Shown piece after piece: positions 57,186 to 64,000 of a stretch of DNA of 64,000 bases. Numbering within the stretch: the stretch's first letter is position 1; every line of letters starts with the position of its first letter. Location of the stretch: NCBI GenBank assembly GCA_949282345.1, contig CASDOQ010000025.1:20127-84126 (forward strand), given 5' to 3'. The DNA is from an uncultured bacterium. GTDB taxonomy: Bacteria; Bacillota; Clostridia; Oscillospirales; CAG-272. The position numbers and the translations under genes are program-made. The notes under the pieces are model-generated. The model ran no database searches, was not told where the DNA came from, and saw only the letters and a program-made list of their open reading frames with translations.

Positions 57186-58046
57186 TCAAAAAACATGACG
57201 GACACTGCCGCCGCAAGGTAAAAAGCCGCCGCTCGCTTGAACCGGAAGTCCAAGTTCGTCCGCCGTCCCCTGTCCGCCGAAGCGCCGGCCGATGCGCAGA
57301 TCGGTCATGTACTTCATGGCCGAGACCGAGAGCCCGGTCGTATAGGAGTTCAGCAGGAAGAAAAGCGGTCTGTCGGAGATCACGCCTGCCAAAAGATCCA
57401 GGAGGCCGTCGATGCACTCTTCGATCTTCCATACCTCACCGCCCGGACCACGCCCGTACGAGGGAGGATCCATGATGATTGCATCGTAGCGGTTTCCACG
57501 ACGGATCTCGCGCTCCACGAATTTTTTGCAATCGTCCACGATATATCGGATGGGAGCCTGTCCGAGCCCTGAAAGAGCAGCGTTTTCCTTAGCGACGTCC
57601 ACCATTCCGCGCGCCGCATCCACATGACAGACAGAAGCGCCTGCACGTGCGGCGGCTACCGTGGCACCGCCGGTATAAGCAAAAAGATTCAGGACGCGGA
57701 TGGGGCGTCCTGCTCCCGCAATGAGCGAACGCATCCAGTCCCAGTTTACCGCCTGCTCGGGGAAAAGCCCCGTATGTTTGAAGCCGGTGGGATGGATCCG
57801 GAAGGTCAGGTCGCCGTATCCAATCGTCCATTTTTCGGGAAGGCTGTTCTCACTCCACGCGCCGCCCCCACTGCGGGAACGCCGGTATCCGGCATCCGCG
57901 CGCCCCCAGAGCGCAGGATCGCGCTCCGTGTGCCAGATCACCTGAGGATCGGGACGGATGAGAATATAGTTTCCCCATCTTTCCAGCCGTTCTCCGTCGC
58001 CGGTGTCCAAAAGTTCATAGTCTTTCCATTTTTCGTTCTTCCACAT
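57186..58046 (-). CDS. class I SAM-dependent RNA methyltransferase (RlmI/RlmK-like catalytic domain)
   Basis: 286 aa with LNLFAYTGGATVAAA (SAM motif I) and IIMDPPSYGRG (DPPxF/Y-type motif IV). Confidence 0.75.
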   Translation of the reverse strand: MWKNEKWKDYELLDTGDGERLERWGNYILIRPDPQVIWHTERDPALWGRADAGYRRSRSGGGAWSENSLPEKWTIGYGDLTFRIHPTGFKHTGLFPEQAVNWDWMRSLIAGAGRPIRVLNLFAYTGGATVAAARAGASVCHVDAARGMVDVAKENAALSGLGQAPIRYIVDDCKKFVEREIRRGNRYDAIIMDPPSYGRGPGGEVWKIEECIDGLLDLLAGVISDRPLFFLLNSYTTGLSVSAMKYMTDLRIGRRFGGQGTADELGLPVQASGGFLPCGGSVRHVF

Positions 58047-58073
58047 AACGTTTCCCGTTTCTTACCTAATCTG

Positions 58074-58571
58074 TCATTGATTGAAAAAGCGTGAGATGCG
58101 CGACCCGGCGCACTGGGCGTGGCACCACGCAATGGCCAACGCATCCGCCGTGTCGTCCGGCTTGGGCGGCGCCGGTAACCGCAGGAGCGAGGTCACCATA
58201 GTAATGACCTGATGCTTGTCCGCCTTGCCGTATCCGACCACCGCCTGCTTGACCTGAAGAGGCGTATATTCTCTGACCGGGACTCCGTGAAGGGCGGCCG
58301 CCGTCAGGATCACGCCTCGCGCCTCCGCCACGGCGATCCCCGTCGTGATATTAGTATTGAAAAAGAGTTCTTCCACCGCCATCTCATCTGGGAGATACTT
58401 TTCAAGGAGGGTATTCATATCGGTGTATATCTGCGCAAGCCGCGTTTCGATCTTCGTATGAGCGGGAGTGCGGATCGCGCCGCAGGCGACCGGGATACAC
58501 ACGGCCCCCTGCCGTTCCACGATCCCCCAGCCGACGATTGCAAAGCCGGGGTCAATGCCGAGAATACGCAT
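58074..58571 (-). CDS. ruvC: crossover junction endodeoxyribonuclease RuvC
   Basis: 165 aa from the ATG at 58571 (GAAGGAGGG Shine-Dalgarno) with ILGIDPG and a C-terminal DDTADALA motif. No ruvA/ruvB adjacent. Confidence 0.9.
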   Translation of the reverse strand: MRILGIDPGFAIVGWGIVERQGAVCIPVACGAIRTPAHTKIETRLAQIYTDMNTLLEKYLPDEMAVEELFFNTNITTGIAVAEARGVILTAAALHGVPVREYTPLQVKQAVVGYGKADKHQVITMVTSLLRLPAPPKPDDTADALAIAWCHAQCAGSRISRFFNQ

Positions 58572-58671
58572 ACCTACCCTCCTTCTCAAAAATATCCGAG
58601 TATATAATAACATTTTTTTGTGCGAATGTCAAAATAAATTTCTTCATTTGTGAGAAAATAGCCAAAAAGAT

Positions 58672-58700
58672 TTGATTTTTTCCAAATTATATGGTATACT
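58672..58700 (+). promoter_or_regulatory. sigma-A promoter candidate for the yfhO pair
   Basis: TTGATT, 17-nt spacer ending in TGg, then TATACT (extended -10), about 30 nt upstream of the ATG at 58730. Confidence 0.45.
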
Positions 58701-58729
58701 GTATTAGATATTTTACGGAGGCGTTCGAG

Positions 58730-61700
58730 ATGCACAGATTTTTAGCCGGGGTCGAATCCTTCTTCTCCTCTTTATCAGGGAAGCTGGCTTCGCTTTTTTC
58801 GCGCGGAGAGGAGCATACCGAAAACCAACCGAAAAAGGTGGACATTTTTGACCGGGCGGATGCTTATTTCCAAAAATTTGACGGTTCTTTTCTCGTATGG
58901 AGCTTCTTTCTCTCCACCGCGGTCATGCTCCTGATTTACGCCTTCTTCGGCGTATATCCTTTCGGAAAAAATTCGGTCCTCGTCCTTGACCTGAACGGTC
59001 AGTACGTCCAGTTCTTTGCCGGACTGCGGCGGATCCTCCACGGAGACGGGAGCCTCCTGTACTCCTTTTCCCGTTCTCTCGGTGGTGAGTTCCTCGGAAT
59101 CTACGCCTACTACCTGGCCTCCCCCCTCTCCTATCTCGTTGCGCTCTTCCCTGCCGGATCGATCTTAGAGGCTCTCCTCTGCATTCTCGTGCTCAAGACC
59201 GGGCTCTCTGGCCTCTTCTTCGGAGTCTATCTCCACTATACGAGGCGGCCGCATAAAACCGTCACCGTAGCCCTCTCGGTCCTGTACGCCCTCTCCGCCT
59301 ATTCGGTGGTCATGCAGCACAATCTCATGTGGATGGACGGGCTCATGCTCCTGCCGTTGCTCATTCTCGGCCTGCACCGTCTCATCCGGCAAAAGAAGCC
59401 TGTCCTCTATACGGTTTCGCTGGCGCTCATCCTGCTCTGTAATTACTATATCGGGTACATGATCTGCCTCTTCACGGCAATCTACTTCTTTTACGATTTC
59501 GCCGCGCACCCGGCTTCCGTGACCAACCCGACCGAGGAGCGCCGGCACTTTCTTTCCACCCTCGGACGATGCGCGCTCTTCACCCTGCTTGGAGTCGGCA
59601 TGGCGGCGCTTCTCCTGCTCCCCGCGTATTACTCGCTCACCTTCGGGAAAAATGCTTTTTCTTCTCCCGACTTTTCCTTCAAAGCAAAATTCGATATTCT
59701 GGATTTTTTGGCAAAGCTCTTCCCGGGAGCCTATGACACCGTTCGTCCCAACGGACTTCCGTGGGTCTATTCCGGGGTGCTGTCGCTCCTGCTCGTACCG
59801 CTCTATTTTGTAGACGGAAAGATCCCGTGGCGGAAAAAAGTTGCGACCGGTTGTTTCCTCCTTCTGCTCTTTCTCTCGATGTATCTGAACCCGCTCGATA
59901 TTCTGTGGCACGGCGGGCAGGCACCGAACTGGCTGAATTACCGGTACAGTTTTGCCTTCTGTTTTCTCGCTCTGACCTGCGCGGCAGACGTCACGCCGCA
60001 TCTGCGACAAATCGGTCACCGGGCGATCCTCGTCACCGGCGGGTGCGTTGCCGCGCTGGCCGTCCTCTTGCAGAAGCTCGGGCTTACCTATACCGCATCA
60101 GACGGGGAAGCAAAAGAGTTTTTTGACGATCTGAACGGCTTGTGGCTGACGCTCGGCTGCGTGGTCTTGTACGTCTTTTTGCTTCTGCTCCTTTCGGAAC
60201 ACGGGAAAGAAGACCGTCAGGTCGAACCGATCGCCATGGTGATGACGCTGATCGTCTGTATTGAAACCTTTCTGAACGGCAGTTTTTATCTGCGGCGGCT
60301 GAACGAGGATGTCGTCGTTTCGAGTTATGCCTCCTATCACGATTTTTACGATCGATATGCCGATGCTTTCGATTACGTAAAGGAAAACGATCCCTCGCTG
60401 TACCGGATGGAAAAATCCTTTCAGCGGAACGTGTGCGACCCGTTCGTATTCGGGTATCGGGGGGTCGCCTCCTCCACTTCCACGCTGAATACGTCAACGA
60501 TCGCATTTGTCTCGCAAATGGGACTGAAAGCTAACTCCCACTGGACCGAGGCGACCGGCCTGACCCCGGCCTCGGGCTCACTTCTTGGGGTAAAATACTG
60601 GGTCTGCAAGGACGGAGAGAAGGCCGACCCTATCTACCGGGTCTTTCACCGGAACGGTGATGCGGAAACCGGGAACCAGACCGTGACGTATGAGAATCCT
60701 TACGCCCTTCCGCTCGTTTTCTGTTCCTCCCGGAAGATCAAGGATGTGAGTTTCGCGCTGCCCGAACCCGGAGATTACGTTCTCTCTTCCTCGGGAAAAT
60801 ACGTTCTCCCCGCAGATCACGCCCCCGTGTGTCTCTCGCCTTTTCAGCGGGTGAACAGTGTATTCGGCGCGCTTCTCGGGCAGGATAGCCCCGCCGGGAT
60901 CTATACGCCCCTTGCCGTGACCTCCGAAACCACGGGCGGACTCAAACGGACCGACGGGCAGGGCTGGGTCCTCTTCCACACCGATAACGAGGGCAGTTCC
61001 TCCGCCCGCCTGGACTTCACCTTCACCGCGCCGGAGTCCGGCGCGCCGGTCTACTGTTATTTCCCGTCGCAGTACCCGCGGGAAGCCGTCCTTTACCTGA
61101 ACGGCGAACCTTTTGAGGGTGGGAAAAAGATCTATCCCGAGAACGCCCGGCAGGCCGAAACAATCTGCCTCGGCAGTTTCCCGGCGGGGGAGCGGGTAAC
61201 CGTTTCTCTTACCGAATTAAAGAGCGGCGACCTCTACCTCATTCCCGATACACCCTATTTCTATACGATAGATGAGTCCGCGCTCCGGGAGGCGTCTGTA
61301 GCGTTGCAAGCCGGGGGGCTCGTATGCACCCGGCTCTCGGACGACCGCATGGAGGGAACGCTGACTGCGCCGGAAACGATGGCGGCCGTGCAGACTACCA
61401 TTCCTTATGACGAGGGGTGGCAGATCACGGTGGACGGCGTGCGCGTCACGCCCTATCCGACCGTGGATGCGCTCCTGGCCTTTGATCTTCCCGGTGCCGG
61501 AACGCACACGATCTCCCTGCGGTATTGGCCGGGATGTTATACGGTCGGCGTGGCGGTTTCTCTTTTCTCGTTCTTACTCTTTCTCGGTATCGTCATTCTC
61601 CTGATCCTCAGAAAGCGCACGGCCGCAAAGGAGCGCGTGAAGGAAAGCGCTGAAAGAGAGAAAAACGCTTTTTCCTCCTTCTGCGATTGGCTTCTTCCCG

Positions 61701-61966
61701 CCGCCGGAGTCGGAGATTCAACGCCGGAAGGCCAAGCAGACAAAACCGAAGAGTCCCGGGTGAATGACGCAGGAACAGAAGCGGCGCGTGACCGCCAACT
61801 GCCGTCCAGCCATGCGAAGCGGAGCCGTGCGGGGCGCATGACGTTGCGAGAAAAAGAGCCTCCCCAAAAAAACAGTAAGAAGACCGAAAAAAAACAAGCC
61901 GCAGGTGCCTACCCGGAACGAATCCACCGCAAGAAAAAGAAAAAGAAAAAGAAAATGGGACACTGA
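58730..61966 (+). CDS. YfhO-family polytopic membrane protein (GT-C-like glycosyltransferase), with a basic C-terminal tail of about 110 aa
   Basis: About 1078 aa from the ATG at 58730 (GGAGG Shine-Dalgarno). Has YfhO-type N-terminal motifs (LDLNGQYVQFF, SRSLGGEFLGIYAYYLASPLSYL, NYYIGYM), a large extracytoplasmic C-domain, a final TM helix, and a tail ending RKKKKKKKKMGH. Confidence 0.85.
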   Translation: MHRFLAGVESFFSSLSGKLASLFSRGEEHTENQPKKVDIFDRADAYFQKFDGSFLVWSFFLSTAVMLLIYAFFGVYPFGKNSVLVLDLNGQYVQFFAGLRRILHGDGSLLYSFSRSLGGEFLGIYAYYLASPLSYLVALFPAGSILEALLCILVLKTGLSGLFFGVYLHYTRRPHKTVTVALSVLYALSAYSVVMQHNLMWMDGLMLLPLLILGLHRLIRQKKPVLYTVSLALILLCNYYIGYMICLFTAIYFFYDFAAHPASVTNPTEERRHFLSTLGRCALFTLLGVGMAALLLLPAYYSLTFGKNAFSSPDFSFKAKFDILDFLAKLFPGAYDTVRPNGLPWVYSGVLSLLLVPLYFVDGKIPWRKKVATGCFLLLLFLSMYLNPLDILWHGGQAPNWLNYRYSFAFCFLALTCAADVTPHLRQIGHRAILVTGGCVAALAVLLQKLGLTYTASDGEAKEFFDDLNGLWLTLGCVVLYVFLLLLLSEHGKEDRQVEPIAMVMTLIVCIETFLNGSFYLRRLNEDVVVSSYASYHDFYDRYADAFDYVKENDPSLYRMEKSFQRNVCDPFVFGYRGVASSTSTLNTSTIAFVSQMGLKANSHWTEATGLTPASGSLLGVKYWVCKDGEKADPIYRVFHRNGDAETGNQTVTYENPYALPLVFCSSRKIKDVSFALPEPGDYVLSSSGKYVLPADHAPVCLSPFQRVNSVFGALLGQDSPAGIYTPLAVTSETTGGLKRTDGQGWVLFHTDNEGSSSARLDFTFTAPESGAPVYCYFPSQYPREAVLYLNGEPFEGGKKIYPENARQAETICLGSFPAGERVTVSLTELKSGDLYLIPDTPYFYTIDESALREASVALQAGGLVCTRLSDDRMEGTLTAPETMAAVQTTIPYDEGWQITVDGVRVTPYPTVDALLAFDLPGAGTHTISLRYWPGCYTVGVAVSLFSFLLFLGIVILLILRKRTAAKERVKESAEREKNAFSSFCDWLLPAAGVGDSTPEGQADKTEESRVNDAGTEAARDRQLPSSHAKRSRAGRMTLREKEPPQKNSKKTEKKQAAGAYPERIHRKKKKKKKKMGH

Positions 61967-61970
61967 TACT

Positions 61971-64000
61971 ATGCAACCAAGCACCGGGGAGCCGGGCCGC
62001 AAGGAGAAAGGACGGCGGCTCCCGCCTCTCCTTTCGCTGACGGGGCGCACCGCGACCTCGGTCTGGCAGTATTTTGCCGGAAAAAGCGCCGGCCATCTTC
62101 TCCTCTGCTTTTTTCTCCCCTTCGGGCTTATGCTCGGCATCTATATGTTCATGCAGGTATATCCGTTCGGCTCTTATACCGTCATGACGCTCGATATGAA
62201 CGGGCAATACGTATATTTCTTTGAGGCGCTCCGTTCCGCCGTACTCGGGGACGGTTCGCTCCTCTATTCCTTTTCGCGTTCTCTCGGGGGGGAGTTTTTA
62301 GGCATCTATGCCTACTATCTCGCTTCCCCGCTTTCTTATCTCGTGGTCCTCTTTCCGAAAGAAAATATCACCGAGGCGCTTTTCCTCATCCTGCTTCTGA
62401 AATGCGGACTGTCCGGTCTCTCTTTCGGTTTTTATCTGCATAAAACGACCCGCGTGGAAAAGGCGCCGACTCTTCTTTTTTCTGCCGTCTACGCGCTGAC
62501 GGGCTATGCCGTTATCATGCAGCATAACACCATGTGGATCGATGAACTCATCCTCCTGCCGGTAATCGCCGTCGGTCTGCGTGCCCTGATATGCGAGAGG
62601 AAATACAAACTATATACTCTCTCCCTGGCGCTGGCGCTTCTGTCGAACTACTATATCGGATACATGATGTGCATCTTTCTCGTGCTCTATTTCCTGTACC
62701 TTCTCTGCGCCATGAGCCGCGAGGAACGCAATCCGCGGGGGCAATGCCTGTCTGTTCCCCGGGCGTGTGTCCGCTTTGCCGTCTTTTCGCTGATCGCGGC
62801 GGCCATGGCTGCCATCATCCTTCTTCCCGCAGCCTATTCTCTGACCTTCGGGAAAAACACCTTCACGACCCCGACCTTTTCTTTCACCTCAAAATTAGAC
62901 CTCTTCGATATTCTCAGTATGTTTCTCTTCGGCACCTATGACACGGTGCGTCCGGAAGGGCTTCCTATCGTTTACTGCACGGTCTTCGTCCTCTTTCTCC
63001 TGCCTTATTATTTTCTCTCCAAGGAGATCCGTCCCCGGGAAAAGGCCGCAGCCGCCGGGATCTGCCTTCTGCTCTTCCTTTCCTTTTCGATCGTTACGCT
63101 TGACCTCGTTTGGCATGGCGGACAAGCCCCGAACTGGCTGAATTACCGCTACAGTTTCATGCTGGACTTTCTCCTCGTTACCATGGCCGCTAAAGGATAC
63201 GGAAGTCTGCGGGATCACCGGGCGTCCGCCGTAATCCTTGCCGCTTTACCGCTCCTCTGCATTCTTTTGCTGTCGGAGCATTATGGCCTGCGGCAGTATG
63301 AAAAAGGCTTTTATCCCGTGCTGGCAAACATCGCCTGCATCGCCGTCTATATCATTGCGCTTTCTTTGGTCGTATCCCGCCGGGACATTCATTTTTCTTA
63401 CTGCACCCGGATCCTCAGCATACTGGTATGCGCCGAGCTTCTTCTCGGCGGCCTTTGCAATTTCGCGGAATTGACAATGGACGTGGGACTGGCGAAGCGT
63501 GATTCCTTTTACGAATACGAGGCTCGCTGGGAAAGTGCCGTGGAAAGTGTGAAAAAAAGCGAACAGGCCGCCTTTTACCGCTTTGAAAAACTGGGGGATC
63601 GAAAACTGAACGACCCGTATATGTTTACCATCCGTGCCCTGTCCGGCTCAACCTCCACCCTGAACCGGGAGACCATCCGTTTTCTGTCGGAGATGGGACA
63701 ACACGGAGCCTCCCACGCAAGCCGCTACACCGGCACAAACCCTTTTACCGATTCTTTTCTCTCAATCTCTTATGTAGCCGGAGATCAGAAGACTGTATTT
63801 CCCGCCTCCTACACGAAAGTATACGATGACGGGGACGTTCTCGTATACAGAAATCCCGATGCACTCCCGATCGCTTTCGGCGTTTCCTCTGAGGTGGACG
63901 GCATCGTCTTCCACAAGCCGGAAAAAGGAAAAGAAGAGGAGGAGACCCGTGCGATACACGAACTTGCCTCGCCCTACGACCGCATGAATATCCTTGCTTC
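61971..64000 (+). CDS. second YfhO-family membrane protein (paralog), 3'-truncated by the window end
   Basis: Not in the ORF track because no stop falls in the window. My hand translation from the ATG at 61971 stays open to 64000 and repeats the same motifs (LDMNGQYVYFF, SRSLGGEFLGIYAYYLASPLSYL, NYYIGYM, HGGQAPNWLNYRYSF). Confidence 0.85.
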   Translation, partial: MQPSTGEPGRKEKGRRLPPLLSLTGRTATSVWQYFAGKSAGHLLLCFFLPFGLMLGIYMFMQVYPFGSYTVMTLDMNGQYVYFFEALRSAVLGDGSLLYSFSRSLGGEFLGIYAYYLASPLSYLVVLFPKENITEALFLILLLKCGLSGLSFGFYLHKTTRVEKAPTLLFSAVYALTGYAVIMQHNTMWIDELILLPVIAVGLRALICERKYKLYTLSLALALLSNYYIGYMMCIFLVLYFLYLLCAMSREERNPRGQCLSVPRACVRFAVFSLIAAAMAAIILLPAAYSLTFGKNTFTTPTFSFTSKLDLFDILSMFLFGTYDTVRPEGLPIVYCTVFVLFLLPYYFLSKEIRPREKAAAAGICLLLFLSFSIVTLDLVWHGGQAPNWLNYRYSFMLDFLLVTMAAKGYGSLRDHRASAVILAALPLLCILLLSEHYGLRQYEKGFYPVLANIACIAVYIIALSLVVSRRDIHFSYCTRILSILVCAELLLGGLCNFAELTMDVGLAKRDSFYEYEARWESAVESVKKSEQAAFYRFEKLGDRKLNDPYMFTIRALSGSTSTLNRETIRFLSEMGQHGASHASRYTGTNPFTDSFLSISYVAGDQKTVFPASYTKVYDDGDVLVYRNPDALPIAFGVSSEVDGIVFHKPEKGKEEEETRAIHELASPYDRMNILA

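Overview
High-GC Firmicutes (Clostridia-type) core chromosome, densely coding. I saw no rRNA, CRISPR array, transposase or integrase. All coordinates, motifs and repeats were read by hand from the sequence and ORF track; no database search was possible. Left to right: the edge of a capsule-type sugar locus (nucleotidyltransferase and a CapF-like SDR-cupin); lacI-family regulator and bioY; an RHH-protein/clpB/hsp20 operon; a monocistronic 1236-aa zinc-ribbon / 94-residue-repeat coiled-coil / polytopic membrane protein; an operon of trmL, D-aspartate-ligase-like ATP-grasp, Asp racemase and a second divergent MurE, ending in tRNA-Leu(GAG); secA translationally coupled to two polytopic membrane proteins; a visibly lower-GC insert (beta-helix protein, DMT transporter, AraC regulator) next to galM; a divergent MreB-like gene coupled to a 35-aa membrane peptide; recD2; S-box riboswitch and metK; rpe; ispD-ispF; a dcw cluster (mraZ, rsmH, an atypical membrane protein, PBP2B-type, murE, murF, mraY, ftsW, murG) with no murD that stops at murG; a CapA-like gene, an oxidoreductase, cca and a DUF45 peptidase; class A PBP; truA and ecfT/A2/A1; an RNA methyltransferase; ruvC; and two tandem yfhO paralogs, the second running off the window. 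The best novelty candidates are: (1) the giant zinc-ribbon/coiled-coil/membrane protein; (2) the alternative peptidoglycan-precursor operon with a second MurE; (3) the secA-coupled 6-TM-module membrane pair; (4) the RHH regulator candidate heading clpB-hsp20; (5) the MreB-like protein with degenerate phosphate loops plus its micropeptide. All functional interpretations of these five are inference.
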